64,000 bases of DNA, taken from the NCBI GenBank assembly GCA_045586685.1, contig JAZNAU010000042.1:1-64000 (forward strand), in the 5' to 3' direction. How positions within the stretch are numbered: the first letter of the stretch is position 1; each line of letters begins with the position of its first letter. Under the pieces are notes generated by a model. The model searched no databases, had not been told where the DNA came from, and saw only the letters and a program-made list of their open reading frames with translations. Below, one piece after another: positions 37,818-48,264 of this stretch. The position numbers and the translations under genes were made by a program. Source of the DNA: Clostridia bacterium. GTDB lineage: Bacteria > Bacillota > Clostridia > HGM11514.

Positions 37818-38940
37818 ACGATATAAATTTTTGATACTGTTCCGGTGTCATAAACACGCAATTTTTTGTTTTTAAAAATTTCACAATGGTTTCCAATTCT
37901 TTAAAAGACTGGTCATCCCACTGCCCCGGATGAGCCTGTATCACAAAATAAGGCAATTCTTTCACAAACTCATACCGTGCAAAAAACAACTGACTGCTTA
38001 CAATGCCCGTACCGGTTTCAATTTCACAAATGTGATCAGAAGATAAATTTAACGCATGAAGCCGACTATTGGTATCGTGCATAAACATAACAGTTTGAAT
38101 CTGAGGAAACTCGCAATTTAACACCGATATGGTATCTTCGTTATTTTGATTATAGGATGCACTAAAGCAAGTTGTACGGTATTGAAGCACTGTTTCCATC
38201 AAATCATAAGTTTTACAAATAATGTCCCGTTGTTCCTTATAAGTAGATGCAGGTGTTTCTTTTAAAGCAGCAAACTCACCCGCTGAATGATCGTATCCAT
38301 GAATCCAAAGCTGATGACCTGCCAAAATCCAGCTTTTTATCAATGAAATTTGATTTTGATATTTTTTAGGATTTGTCTTGGCATCCTCAAGCCATTTCCC
38401 CAAAATACCCGCTGTAGCGGGAATCCCTTCTTTAGATAGATAGGACATTGCTTTGTTAAAACGAGCCGTTTGATTCCCTACAGTTGGCCGCAAATCATCA
38501 AACTTAAACACGATTACTTGTGCCGGAAGCAAGGCATCTTCTGCAACTGGACAACAAATTTCCATAGAATCCTTCCATAAAATGTAAGCCTTTATTTTGT
38601 CGGCCCGTTTCAGGTTGTCCAATCTGAATTGATAATTCGTTACTCCTGAGGACAACATCCCTGTATATAACACCTGTGATTGCTGTAATTCTCCATTGGA
38701 AAAAGCAGCAACCGCAACAATGGTTTCTTCCGTTTGAGAAGAACGGTCGGTAACGGATACAGTACCCTCAACCACAGTATCGTTCATCAACTCTGTCTGT
38801 GTTGTCATTCCGTCAATCATCACCTCAACCGAAACTGCTTCTAAAATTGTCATGTCATCTATCGCTAAAACGGGTTGTTTCATACCAATTCCGACACAAA
38901 CCAACAATATTCCCCATAAAAATAGTACAATCCGTCTCAT
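37816..38940 (-). CDS. Secreted polysaccharide-deacetylase-like (NodB fold) protein
   Basis: Signal peptide MRRIVLFL..VLA; FKFDD, HGYDH, IQAHP, FMTP motifs. Confidence 0.7.
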   Translation of the reverse strand: MRRIVLFLWGILLVCVGIGMKQPVLAIDDMTILEAVSVEVMIDGMTTQTELMNDTVVEGTVSVTDRSSQTEETIVAVAAFSNGELQQSQVLYTGMLSSGVTNYQFRLDNLKRADKIKAYILWKDSMEICCPVAEDALLPAQVIVFKFDDLRPTVGNQTARFNKAMSYLSKEGIPATAGILGKWLEDAKTNPKKYQNQISLIKSWILAGHQLWIHGYDHSAGEFAALKETPASTYKEQRDIICKTYDLMETVLQYRTTCFSASYNQNNEDTISVLNCEFPQIQTVMFMHDTNSRLHALNLSSDHICEIETGTGIVSSQLFFARYEFVKELPYFVIQAHPGQWDDQSFKELETIVKFLKTKNCVFMTPEQYQKFIS

Positions 38941-39075
38941 ACTTTGTCCTCTCTCAGCATTATCCACAATCTATTGTGTTGTACCGACTAAAACACACAT
39001 ATATATTGTACCTTGTTTTTTACAGTTTGTCAACAAGAAAATTAAAATTTGATTAAAAAATTTTTACAAACAAAT

Positions 39076-39106
39076 AAAAAATCCGGTCATATAAATGACC
39101 GGATTT
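39076..39106 (-). terminator. Terminator of the rplK-rplA unit
   Basis: 12-bp stem AAATCCGGTCAT/ATGACCGGATTT followed by U-tract on minus strand. Confidence 0.8.
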
Positions 39107-39119
39107 GGGTTATTGTTAA

Positions 39120-39815
39120 TTAGTCACCTACACGGGCAGGATTGATTTTAATTCCAGGGCCCATTGTAGAAGAAATAGCAACACTCTTAAGGTACTGTCC
39201 TTTTGCTGCAGCAGGTTTTGCTTTAACCAATGCATCCATCAGAGTGTCTAAGTTTTCCTTCAGTTTTTCAGGACCAAAGGATACTTTTCCAATGGGGCAG
39301 TGAGTAATATTAGTTTTGTCAAGACGGTATTCAATTTTACCGGCTTTAATATCATTGATAGCCTTTGCAACGTCCATTGTAACGGTACCGGCTTTCGGGT
39401 TAGGCATCAAGCCTTTGGGACCCAGAACCTTACCCAGACGACCTACCAGACCCATCATATCAGGGGTAGCAACGATGATATCGAAATCAAACCAGTTTTC
39501 GCTCTGAATTTTCTGCACCATGTCCTCTGCACCTACAAAATCTGCACCGGCATCTTTTGCTTCTGTTTCTTTTTCACCTTTAGCAAATACCAAAACACGA
39601 ACAGTTTTGCCTGTTCCGTGAGGCAGGACAACTGCACCTCTTACCTGCTGATCAGCATGTCTGGAGTCAACACCCAGCTTTACATGAACTTCAACAGTTT
39701 CGTCAAATTTCGCTTTACCGGTTTTTACAACCAAATCAACTGCTTCTGCAGGATCGTATAATTTGCTTTTATCAATCAGTTTTGCACTTTCTTGATATTT
39801 CTTTCCTCTTTTCAA
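39120..39815 (-). CDS. rplA: 50S ribosomal protein L1
   Basis: [29 protein letters not shown]. Confidence 0.99.
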   Translation of the reverse strand: MKRGKKYQESAKLIDKSKLYDPAEAVDLVVKTGKAKFDETVEVHVKLGVDSRHADQQVRGAVVLPHGTGKTVRVLVFAKGEKETEAKDAGADFVGAEDMVQKIQSENWFDFDIIVATPDMMGLVGRLGKVLGPKGLMPNPKAGTVTMDVAKAINDIKAGKIEYRLDKTNITHCPIGKVSFGPEKLKENLDTLMDALVKAKPAAAKGQYLKSVAISSTMGPGIKINPARVGD

Positions 39816-39832
39816 ATTGCTCTACTCCTTTC

Positions 39833-39865
39833 GTGGTAACACGGAACCCTTCCGGTTCCTCCCAC
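39833..39865 (-). promoter_or_regulatory. L1-binding autoregulatory RNA site before rplA
   Basis: GUGGGAG-hairpin-UUACCAC, the 23S-mimic pattern, next to the SD. Confidence 0.7.
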
Positions 39866-39944
39866 AAGATTACGGGATTTTCTTCGCATAGCTAAAGTTT
39901 CTTCCCGCAAAAGAATACTTTGGCGAAGGGTTGACTTATAAATC

Positions 39945-40370
39945 TCAGTCTACTACAACAATGCCCATACTTCTTGCCGTTCCGGCAATCATGCTCATTG
40001 CCGCATCAATATCAGCAGCATTCAAATCAGGCATTTTCGTTTCAGCAATTTGGCGAACTGCATCCTTAGTGATATTAGCCACCTTGGTTTTGTTCGGCAC
40101 GCCGGAAGCCTTATCGATTTTACAAGCCTTCTTAATCAGTACAGCAGCGGGAGGAGTCTTTGTCACGAAAGAGAAAGATCTGTCCGCATACACTGTGATG
40201 ACAACAGGAATTACCAGACCGGCATCCTTTGCTGTCTTTTCGTTGAATTCCTTACAAAATCCCATAATGTTTACACCGTGCTGACCCAGTGCAGGACCAA
40301 CAGGGGGTGCCGGAGTTGCTTTACCGGCAGGAATTTGCAATTTAATGAAACCAACAACCTTTTGAGCCAT
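39945..40370 (-). CDS. rplK: 50S ribosomal protein L11
   Basis: [26 protein letters not shown]. Confidence 0.99.
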   Translation of the reverse strand: MAQKVVGFIKLQIPAGKATPAPPVGPALGQHGVNIMGFCKEFNEKTAKDAGLVIPVVITVYADRSFSFVTKTPPAAVLIKKACKIDKASGVPNKTKVANITKDAVRQIAETKMPDLNAADIDAAMSMIAGTARSMGIVVVD

Positions 40371-40393
40371 AGTTTATTGCACCTCCTTAAAAT

Positions 40394-40430
40394 GTGGTAA
40401 ATGGCGGAACGGTTCATCCGTTCCTCCCAC
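40394..40430 (-). promoter_or_regulatory. L1-binding autoregulatory RNA site before rplK
   Basis: GUGGGAG-hairpin-UUUACCAC next to the SD. Confidence 0.7.
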
Positions 40431-40488
40431 CTATAACAAACGGCCGATGCCGAATATTATCTTAACAATTCTGCTTGTCCAAAGCAGA

Positions 40489-41010
40489 CTATACCAAAAG
40501 TTCCACCTGATCAAATTCCAGTTCAACCGGAGTTTCTCTGCCGAACATAGAAACACAGACACGAACCTTTTTCTTTTCCATGCTAATTTCTTCTACCACA
40601 CCGATAAAGCTTTCCAGAGGTCCATCTACCACCTTCACGCTATCACCAACATGATAATCAATGGAAATAATTTTTGTTTCGATACCCATATTTGCCGCTT
40701 CATCATCAGTCAGAGGCACAGGTTTGCTTCCGGGTCCAACAAACCCGGTAACACCTCTGGTATTACGAACGATATACCATGTTTCGTCCGTCATTACCAT
40801 TTTAACCATTACATAAGTTGGAAACTTTTTGCGGATAGATACCTTTTTTTGTCCATCCTTCATTTCCACAACTTCTTCCATGGGAACCTGAACATCCACT
40901 ACCAAGTCTTCCATGTTACGATTTTTAGCGGTCAACTCAATACCGTCTCTTACTTTGTTTTCATATCCCGTCAGGGTATGAACTACATACCATTTTGCGT
41001 TCTCTGCCAT
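40489..41010 (-). CDS. nusG: Transcription factor NusG
   Basis: WYVVHT..GYENKV, VRNTRGVTGFVG, MFGRETPVEL. Confidence 0.99.
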   Translation of the reverse strand: MAENAKWYVVHTLTGYENKVRDGIELTAKNRNMEDLVVDVQVPMEEVVEMKDGQKKVSIRKKFPTYVMVKMVMTDETWYIVRNTRGVTGFVGPGSKPVPLTDDEAANMGIETKIISIDYHVGDSVKVVDGPLESFIGVVEEISMEKKKVRVCVSMFGRETPVELEFDQVELLV

Positions 41011-41057
41011 TGTTGCAGGAAGCCGGTCGGCCTCCGCACCTCCTTTTGCTTTCTAAA

Positions 41058-41276
41058 TTAAGCTAAATTCAACAGTGCTTTCAGTCCCAGACTGAATACC
41101 CAGTCCAAAGCTGCAAGACAAAGACCTACAATAATAATGGTAATCAAAACAACTGTAGTATCCTTTCTTACTTTAGAGAAGCTGGGCCAGATTACCTTTT
41201 TCAGTTCCGCCCAAACACTTTTGAAGTATTTTCCGATTCTTTGAAATAAATTCATTTTTTCCGCAGCTGCTGCCAT
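41058..41276 (-). CDS. secE: Preprotein translocase subunit SecE
   Basis: ELKKVIWPS plus single TM; synteny. Confidence 0.95.
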   Translation of the reverse strand: MAAAAEKMNLFQRIGKYFKSVWAELKKVIWPSFSKVRKDTTVVLITIIIVGLCLAALDWVFSLGLKALLNLA

Positions 41277-41304
41277 GGTATGAATCCCTCCTGCCTAAAA
41301 TAAA

Positions 41305-41454
41305 CTATTTGGTTTCTTTGTGAGCTGTGTGTTTCTTGCAGAATCTGCAATACTTGCTCAACTCCAGTCTGTCGGGAGTATTCTTCTTGTTCTTTATTGT
41401 GTTGTAATTTCTCTGTTTGCATTCTGTGCAAGCTAATGTAATTTTTACTCTCAT
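41305..41454 (-). CDS. rpmG: 50S ribosomal protein L33, Zn-binding form (missing from ORF track)
   Basis: [49 protein letters not shown]; SD AGGAGG. Confidence 0.98.
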   Translation of the reverse strand: MRVKITLACTECKQRNYNTIKNKKNTPDRLELSKYCRFCKKHTAHKETK

Positions 41455-41538
41455 CGGTGCACCTCCTACCTACTTTCTACCGAGTAAATACGAAATTTGA
41501 ACATAAAAAATAAGCCTTTTCGTACCCAAGTATAAATA

Positions 41539-41567
41539 ATGATACCATATTTTCGCAAATTAGTCAA
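41539..41567 (-). promoter_or_regulatory. rpmG-secE-nusG promoter
   Basis: TTGACT-17 nt-TATCAT with TG extended -10. Confidence 0.6.
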
Positions 41568-41678
41568 GAGTTTTTCAAAATATTTTTTTGAAAACCACTT
41601 TTAAGTGGAATTATGACAAAAAAATTCTAAATAGGATATAATATTATTAGAAAAAATTTATTTCAAGGAGAATTTCAC

Positions 41679-43028
41679 ATGAGGAACTATTCAGCAATTA
41701 CTTCGGAAATTTATTATTTAGCAGAGCTTTGTAAACAAAACAGTAACATTGACCCTGAGCTTTATCAGGTTCATCAGGTAAAGCGAGGATTGCGAGATTT
41801 AGACGGAAAAGGTGTTGTGACAGGTCTGACAGAAATTTCTACCATTATTTCCTCAAAAAACAATGCCCCTTGCGAGGGAAAACTTTACTATCGCGGGTGT
41901 AACATTCATGACCTGGTACAGGGTTTTATGAAAGACAACCGATTCGGCTTTGAAGAAACGGTATATTTGCTGTTGTTTGGAAAACTGCCCAATCAAGAAG
42001 AACTGGAACAATTTGAAAAGCTTCTGGTGTCTTACCGCATCCTTCCTACCAATTTTGTGCGTGATGTAATTATGAAGGCTCCCAATCAGGATATTATGAA
42101 TTCTCTTGCAAGAAGTGTATTAACCTTGTATTCCTACGATAAAAACTCAAATGACACAAGTCTGCCAAATGTCCTTCGCCAGTGCATTCAGTTGATTGCA
42201 AACTTCCCTGCCCTTTCGGTTTACGCTTATCAGGCATACCGTCATTATGGAAAAGGAAAGGGGTTATATATTCATCGTCCGGACCCAAATTTATCTACAG
42301 CAGAAAATATCCTACGGATGTTAAGACCAGATAAAAAATACACTGCACTGGAAACAAAAATTTTAGATTTAGCTTTAGTCCTCCACGCAGAGCACGGTGG
42401 GGGAAACAATTCTACCTTTACTACTCATGTAGTCACCTCATCCGGAACGGACACCTATTCTTCTACAGCCGCCTCCCTCTGTTCCTTAAAAGGACCGAAA
42501 CATGGCGGTGCCAATATTAAAGTAACTCAGATGTTCAATGATATGAAGCAACAAGTGCGTCATTGGGATGACAAAGAAGAAATTAAGGATTATCTAAACA
42601 AATTATTAAATAAGGAAGCCTTTGATAACGCAGGCTTGATTTACGGAATGGGACATGCTGTTTACTCCCTGTCCGACCCCAGAGCCAATATTTTCAGAGA
42701 CTTTGTAGAACAACTTTCAAAAGAAAAGGGGAAAACCAAGGAGTTTCAGTTGTATTCCATTGTAGAACAGCTGGCTCCAAAAGTAATCGGAGAGAAACGA
42801 AAGATTTATAAAGGAGTCAGCGCCAATGTGGACTTTTACAGTGGCTTTGTCTATTCCATGTTGGACTTACCTGAAGAACTGTACACTCCCGTTTTTGCCA
42901 TTGCAAGAATTGCAGGTTGGAGCGCTCACAGAATGGAAGAATTGATTAACGCAAATAAAATCATTCGCCCCGCTTATAAATCTGTATCGGAAAGAACACC
43001 TTATATTCCTCTTAAGGACAGAAAATAA
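41679..43028 (+). CDS. Citrate / 2-methylcitrate synthase family
   Basis: HAEHGGGNNST, GPKHGGAN, GMGHAVY..DPR, NVDFYSG. Confidence 0.95.
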   Translation: MRNYSAITSEIYYLAELCKQNSNIDPELYQVHQVKRGLRDLDGKGVVTGLTEISTIISSKNNAPCEGKLYYRGCNIHDLVQGFMKDNRFGFEETVYLLLFGKLPNQEELEQFEKLLVSYRILPTNFVRDVIMKAPNQDIMNSLARSVLTLYSYDKNSNDTSLPNVLRQCIQLIANFPALSVYAYQAYRHYGKGKGLYIHRPDPNLSTAENILRMLRPDKKYTALETKILDLALVLHAEHGGGNNSTFTTHVVTSSGTDTYSSTAASLCSLKGPKHGGANIKVTQMFNDMKQQVRHWDDKEEIKDYLNKLLNKEAFDNAGLIYGMGHAVYSLSDPRANIFRDFVEQLSKEKGKTKEFQLYSIVEQLAPKVIGEKRKIYKGVSANVDFYSGFVYSMLDLPEELYTPVFAIARIAGWSAHRMEELINANKIIRPAYKSVSERTPYIPLKDRK

Positions 43029-43037
43029 TGTTTTGAT

Positions 43038-43084
43038 AAAGGAGCTGTAGCAAAATAAACTCTTTTTGCCACAGCTCCCTTTTT
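43038..43084. terminator. Bidirectional terminator between convergent genes
   Basis: GGAGCTGT-A-GCAAAA..TTTTGC-C-ACAGCTCC with flanking A/T runs. Confidence 0.7.
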
Positions 43085-43779
43085 CAACCCATCATAACAG
43101 AAATTAAATAAATCAATGCCAAATGGAGGGGATAATACACATAAAACAAATATTTCATCTTCCATGTTCCCCGTTTTCCGTTATAGAACGCAAGAAAAAT
43201 CAAAGAAAGCAAAGAATACCACTGAATACCTCCAAAAGATAATGCAACAAAAACCAACCCAATTGCTGTCAATGTTAATTTCCCCAATTTTGTTTTAGAA
43301 AGATAAATGAACACCGGAACCATTACGCCCCAAAAATCATAATCAATCTTAAAATCGGTATCAGACAGTTTTTCAGGCAAAAGTTCTGTCACAAAGAAAA
43401 CACCCATAAGAAAAATGCAAAGTAAAATCATTCCGGCTCCGCTTCGTTTTTGCAATGTGTAATCAATCAAATAAATCAATCCAATGGATAAGGAAAAGGT
43501 AACTAAAATACACTGATACAATGAACCTTGAGCAAAAAAATACACAACCTGACATACAATCGCCAAGCCTGTCATCATACCCAGATAGTGTTTTCTGTTT
43601 TTGGTATACGTGCACCCTTCTGCAATCATATAGGCAAAAATGGGAAACGCCAGTCTGCCGATGATTCGAAAGACAGTCAATTCCGGAAATAATACCATAC
43701 CCAGATGATCCGCCGTCATAGCAATCAGTGCAATAATTTTTAATTGATTTCCTGTAAATATCCCCTTCATTTTTATCAC
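43084..43779 (-). CDS. TraX family membrane protein (putative acyltransferase)
   Basis: LKIIALIAMTADH, GRLAFPIF..AEG, YNGKRG, FYVYYPLHL. Confidence 0.9.
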   Translation of the reverse strand: MIKMKGIFTGNQLKIIALIAMTADHLGMVLFPELTVFRIIGRLAFPIFAYMIAEGCTYTKNRKHYLGMMTGLAIVCQVVYFFAQGSLYQCILVTFSLSIGLIYLIDYTLQKRSGAGMILLCIFLMGVFFVTELLPEKLSDTDFKIDYDFWGVMVPVFIYLSKTKLGKLTLTAIGLVFVALSFGGIQWYSLLSLIFLAFYNGKRGTWKMKYLFYVYYPLHLALIYLISVMMG

Positions 43780-43782
43780 CTG

Positions 43783-44307
43783 TTATTTTATGTAGTCAAT
43801 TAGCTCATTCACTGCTGTTTTCTCGGTAAAATCTCCGTCTGTATCACATAACCTCACCAAAAGCTGTTCCATTTCTGTTGGATTTTCTTTAGAGGACATG
43901 ATTATCTTCAATGTTTTCAATGCTGTTCTGTGAACAGGAGATAGCTCCTCTAAAATCATTTTTCCCAGGAAATTGAATACTCGAATCCTCTCTCTTATTT
44001 CGGGTTTGAAATTCTTTTCTATAACCATTTTGTCGTAATAGTCCCGACAGTCAAGAGGAGTAATCCCCGTTGTATAAACCACCAATCTTTTCCCTTCCAG
44101 CTTTGTCATGTTTTTGGTAATTAAAGTCACTCCGTTAATCACCTCTGCGTACAAACCGCCACCATAAATCACGGTATCATACGCCTGTAAATCCTCAATC
44201 TTTACTTCTTTCGCATCCCGTACAGGACAACCTAAAGCTGTTCCAATCCACTGTGCATAGGTTTTTGTAGAACCGTATTTGGTTTTATAAATGACGATTG
44301 GGTTCAT
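43783..44307 (-). CDS. Flavodoxin-domain protein (HemG/Flavodoxin_5-like)
   Basis: YKTKYGSTKTYA, YGGGLYA. Confidence 0.85.
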   Translation of the reverse strand: MNPIVIYKTKYGSTKTYAQWIGTALGCPVRDAKEVKIEDLQAYDTVIYGGGLYAEVINGVTLITKNMTKLEGKRLVVYTTGITPLDCRDYYDKMVIEKNFKPEIRERIRVFNFLGKMILEELSPVHRTALKTLKIIMSSKENPTEMEQLLVRLCDTDGDFTEKTAVNELIDYIK

Positions 44308-44379
44308 GTTATGCCTCCTATCTTTTTTCCGACATCATATGCCTGGTACATTTCAATTATGAATGAATCTTCCCTGTTT

Positions 44380-45735
44380 TTATTTTCCGCAAGATAAACT
44401 TTGTTGAAGCTGTGTAACTACTTCTACATGAGAAGTTCTTGGGAACATATCATACGGATAGACCGCATCAGACTTATAACCCGATTCAGAAAACAATTTC
44501 ATATCACGGGCAAGGGTTGCAGGATTACAGGAAACATACACAATCCGCTTTGGGCCGATCTGCAAAATGGTTTCAATCAATTCCGGAGAACAACCCTGAC
44601 GTGGCGGGTCAATAACCGCTACATCAATAGATGTATCCTGAAAACGATTCACGGTATCTTTTGCATCACCGCAGAAAAAGCTTGCGTTTGCAATTCCGTT
44701 TCTTTTTGCATTCTCCCGGGCATTTTCCACCGCCTGAGGAACAATTTCAACACCATAAACCTCTTTTGCCCTCTTTGCAAAGAGGAGGGTCATGGTCCCG
44801 ATTCCGCAATATAAATCCAAAACGGTGTCTTGTTCCGTTAGCTCTGATAATTCCAACGCTTTTTGATATAACTGCTCTGTCTGAGCATGGTTAATTTGAA
44901 AAAAGGAATGGGGAGAAATCAAAAATTCCAGTCCGCATAAACGGTCGGTAATCGTACCGTCCCCCAGCAATGGAATCATCTCTTTCCCAAGGACTACATT
45001 GGTTTTCTCCAAGTTGATATTTTGCACCACCGTGACAGCCTCTCCCAAAGCTTTTTTCATTTTTTCACAAAGGCGTTCTTTGTCAGGGAGATTCTTTCCG
45101 TTTGTAACAATACAAACCATAGTTTTTTCTGTTCCATATCGTAAATACAGATGTCGAATCAAACCACGATGAGTCTTCTCGTCATAAGAATTAACACCCG
45201 TTTCCTTCATATATTCCAACAATGCTTTTGAAGTTGCATCCGTTCGTTTGTCCTGAATTAAGCAGTTTTGACAAGATACCAATCTATGAGAACGGGACGC
45301 ATAAAAACCGACAACTGCTTCATCGTTTTCTGTTCCCACAGGAAGCTGTGCTTTGTTACGGTAATGAAACTGATTGGAAGAAGGCATTACATCAAATACC
45401 TGCACATCAAGCCCCCCAATTCGTTCCATCGCATCGCTTACTAACTGCTTTTTAAATCGTAGTTCTTCCTCGTATGACATATGCCGAAGATGACATCCTC
45501 CACATTGAGGATAAGAAACACAATCCAAATCCCTTCTCTGGGCAGAAGGCTCTATCAGCTTTACTATTTTTCCGTAGGCATAGTGTTTATTTACCTTTAA
45601 CAACTGTATTTGAGCAGTTTCTCCTTTAAGCATTCCTGCTACAAATACAACAAATCCGTCCGTACGGCAAACACCTGCTCCTTCACTGGTATAACCATGG
45701 GCAGTCAATGTCAGGACTTCATTTTTTTGTGGCAT
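44380..45735 (-). CDS. rlmD: 23S rRNA (uracil-C5)-methyltransferase
   Basis: TRAM domain, CGGC Fe-S motif, SFFQIN, DPPR, YVSCNP, DMFP. Confidence 0.93.
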   Translation of the reverse strand: MPQKNEVLTLTAHGYTSEGAGVCRTDGFVVFVAGMLKGETAQIQLLKVNKHYAYGKIVKLIEPSAQRRDLDCVSYPQCGGCHLRHMSYEEELRFKKQLVSDAMERIGGLDVQVFDVMPSSNQFHYRNKAQLPVGTENDEAVVGFYASRSHRLVSCQNCLIQDKRTDATSKALLEYMKETGVNSYDEKTHRGLIRHLYLRYGTEKTMVCIVTNGKNLPDKERLCEKMKKALGEAVTVVQNINLEKTNVVLGKEMIPLLGDGTITDRLCGLEFLISPHSFFQINHAQTEQLYQKALELSELTEQDTVLDLYCGIGTMTLLFAKRAKEVYGVEIVPQAVENARENAKRNGIANASFFCGDAKDTVNRFQDTSIDVAVIDPPRQGCSPELIETILQIGPKRIVYVSCNPATLARDMKLFSESGYKSDAVYPYDMFPRTSHVEVVTQLQQSLSCGK

Positions 45736-45738
45736 ACG

Positions 45739-46662
45739 TTATCTCACAGCCTTTCGTAACCTTTCCAAAATGGTTTCCATATAGTCGGGAACAGGACATG
45801 AAAAAATCATTTTTTCCCCACGTACGGGATGAACAAATCCAATTTGTACCGCATGGAGGGCTTGGGTGTGCAGTCCAAAAGGATTTTTCCCTCCGCTATA
45901 TACTTCATCTCCAATAACGGGATGACCGATATGCTGCATATGAACTCTGATTTGGTGAGTTCTTCCTGTTTCCAACCGACACTCCACGAAGGTATATTCT
46001 CCAAACCGTTCCAATACTCTGTAATGAGTAACAGCGGAACGGGAATTTTTCTGAGTCACGCACATTTTTTTTCGTTGGGTGGGATGTCTTCCGATGGGAG
46101 CGTCCACAGTTCCTTCGTCCTCTCGAAGATTCCCCCGCACAAGGCATACATACACCCGACGACAGGTTTTTTCTTTAATTTGTTCAGCAAGACTCAAATG
46201 AGCTTCATTGGTTTTGGCAACCACAATCAAACCGCTGGTGTCCTTGTCAAGCCGATGAACAATTCCCGGGCGAATCACCCCGTTTATTCCCGAAAGCTTT
46301 CCTTTTGCATGAAACAGCACCGCATTCACCAACGTTCCCGATTCGTTCCCTGCAGCGGGATGCACCACCATTCCTTTTGGCTTGTTGATGACCATTAGTT
46401 CTTCATCTTCAAACACAACATCCAAAGGAATGTCCTCCGGTTTTACCTCCAATTCCTGAGGAGGAGGCACAGTAACAGTAATTTCATCTGAGGGCACAAC
46501 CTTCAGACAAGTTCGTACCTTTTTGCCATTACAAACAACCTTCCCTTCTTCAATTAACCGTTGCACGTAAGAACGGGTCATTTCCTCGCAAACAAGGCTG
46601 ATATATTTATCAATTCGTTCAGGCTCAGCGTTTTGAGGAACAATAAAAGTTTTTTCCTTCAT
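45739..46662 (-). CDS. rluD: RluA/RluD family pseudouridine synthase
   Basis: S4 domain, NKPKGMVVHP, HRLDKDTSG, TGRTHQIR; ATG 46662 overlaps lspA stop. Confidence 0.92.
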   Translation of the reverse strand: MKEKTFIVPQNAEPERIDKYISLVCEEMTRSYVQRLIEEGKVVCNGKKVRTCLKVVPSDEITVTVPPPQELEVKPEDIPLDVVFEDEELMVINKPKGMVVHPAAGNESGTLVNAVLFHAKGKLSGINGVIRPGIVHRLDKDTSGLIVVAKTNEAHLSLAEQIKEKTCRRVYVCLVRGNLREDEGTVDAPIGRHPTQRKKMCVTQKNSRSAVTHYRVLERFGEYTFVECRLETGRTHQIRVHMQHIGHPVIGDEVYSGGKNPFGLHTQALHAVQIGFVHPVRGEKMIFSCPVPDYMETILERLRKAVR

Positions 46663-47144
46663 TGGGTTTTCCCTCGCAAAATATATATTCCAAGCACAAG
46701 CATTCCTACCACAATACAGCAATCCGCCACATTGAACACAGGAAACGAAATAAACCGAACCTCCAAAAAGTCAATCACATAAGATAAACGGATACGGTCA
46801 ATCAAATTCCCCACCGCTCCTGCCATTACAGCAGAACCGCTTGTCAACAGAATGGGATTGGTTATTTTACTATGTAGCAAATACCAAACAGCGCCTATCA
46901 ATACAAGGACCGTCAGCCCCAAAAGCAACCATTTCTGCCCCTGTAAAATCCCAAAAGCGGCACCTGTGTTTCGCACATAAGTAAGAGAAAATATTCCGTC
47001 TATGACATCTATAAATCCTTTTGGTTGTAATTTCGTTTGTGCCCAATGTTTGGTTAGCTGATCAATAGCAATAATGATGATCCCAAACCACAAATAAGGC
47101 AGTAACAACCTGAAAGAAAGTTCTTTTTTCTTTATTTCTTCCAT
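46659..47144 (-). CDS. lspA: Lipoprotein signal peptidase II
   Basis: DQLTK, NTGAAFG, GNLIDR, VIDF, FNVAD. Confidence 0.96.
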   Translation of the reverse strand: MEEIKKKELSFRLLLPYLWFGIIIIAIDQLTKHWAQTKLQPKGFIDVIDGIFSLTYVRNTGAAFGILQGQKWLLLGLTVLVLIGAVWYLLHSKITNPILLTSGSAVMAGAVGNLIDRIRLSYVIDFLEVRFISFPVFNVADCCIVVGMLVLGIYILRGKTQ

Positions 47145-48202
47145 ATTGCCTCCAATCCCCAAAGCACTGCCTCTTCGGGTACATCGTTTCTTAACTGTAC
47201 ATTCCCTAAATCAAGAGGAAGAACAAATTTCAGTTTTCCATCTTCCTGTTTTTTGTCCCCCTTCATGGCAGTTAGAATGGTTTCCTTTTCACACGCGGGA
47301 AGCTCTTCCATCAATCCCAATGCGCGGATTAGTGCTATCACTTCTTCACTTTTTTGAAACAAGCCCATAAATTCTGCGGTACGGCACGCGGAAATCATTC
47401 CTAAGGAAACCGCCTCTCCATGATAAATTTCATGATTGGTTGCAGTTTCATAAGCATGGCCAAAAGTATGACCAAGATTCAAAATGGCGCGAAGTCCCTG
47501 CTCCCGTTCATCCTTTGCCACAATTTTTGCTTTAATTTCACAGCAATATCCAACAATTTCTGCCAGAACATCGCTATCGCGAGCCTCAATCTTCTCTTTA
47601 CGGGTCATCAAATCAGAGTACAATGGCTCTCCTTCCAGCACAGCATATTTTGCCACCTCTCCAAGACCCGTTTTATAGTCCCGCATGGATAGAGTTTCCA
47701 AGGTTTTCAGATTGGCAAATACTAATTTTGGCTGATAAAACGCTCCTATAATATTTTTTACGGAATGAAAATTTACACCCGTTTTCCCACCCACACTGGA
47801 ATCCACTTGTGCAAGCAAGGTGGTGGGGACTTGGACAAAGGAAATACCCCGCATAAAAGATGCTGCTGCAAATCCTGTAATATCTCCCACGATACCCCCA
47901 CCTAAAGCAAGAAGGGTTCCCTTACGGTCAAAACGATTGCTCATCAGGGATTCATAAATTTCCGAAATGGTTGTGAGCGTTTTACAGTCCTCTCCTCCGT
48001 CTATTTCATGCCATGTAAGAGAAAATTCCTTTAGTTCTTCCTCAAGCTGTTCTCCATACAGTTTACGGATATTGGGTTCGGTGATTACCATGATTTTCTG
48101 GTGTACCCCAACGGTTTTTAGTTCCTGTGCCAGACCATAAAAACTATCTGTCAGAACAATGGGATAGCTGTTTTCATTCAAATCTATCCTGATTCGTTTC
48201 AT
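47132..48202 (-). CDS. aroB: 3-dehydroquinate synthase
   Basis: GGGIVGD, PTTLLAQVDSSVGGKTG, LNLGHTFGHA, HGEAV. Confidence 0.96.
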   Translation of the reverse strand: MKRIRIDLNENSYPIVLTDSFYGLAQELKTVGVHQKIMVITEPNIRKLYGEQLEEELKEFSLTWHEIDGGEDCKTLTTISEIYESLMSNRFDRKGTLLALGGGIVGDITGFAAASFMRGISFVQVPTTLLAQVDSSVGGKTGVNFHSVKNIIGAFYQPKLVFANLKTLETLSMRDYKTGLGEVAKYAVLEGEPLYSDLMTRKEKIEARDSDVLAEIVGYCCEIKAKIVAKDEREQGLRAILNLGHTFGHAYETATNHEIYHGEAVSLGMISACRTAEFMGLFQKSEEVIALIRALGLMEELPACEKETILTAMKGDKKQEDGKLKFVLPLDLGNVQLRNDVPEEAVLWGLEAIWKK

Positions 48203-48264
48203 TTGTCTATCACTCCCGGTAACAATAGTGGGCGAACTACCCGTCCGCCCACAGATCGATTTTT

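Noticed and set aside
38960-38968. Perfect DnaA box TTATCCACA (another at 48372-48380)
   Set aside because: Isolated copies with no cluster and no dnaA context; not an origin.
43084-43779. TraX as evidence of a conjugative element
   Set aside because: No other tra/T4SS/relaxase genes; stand-alone TraX-family genes are common on chromosomes.
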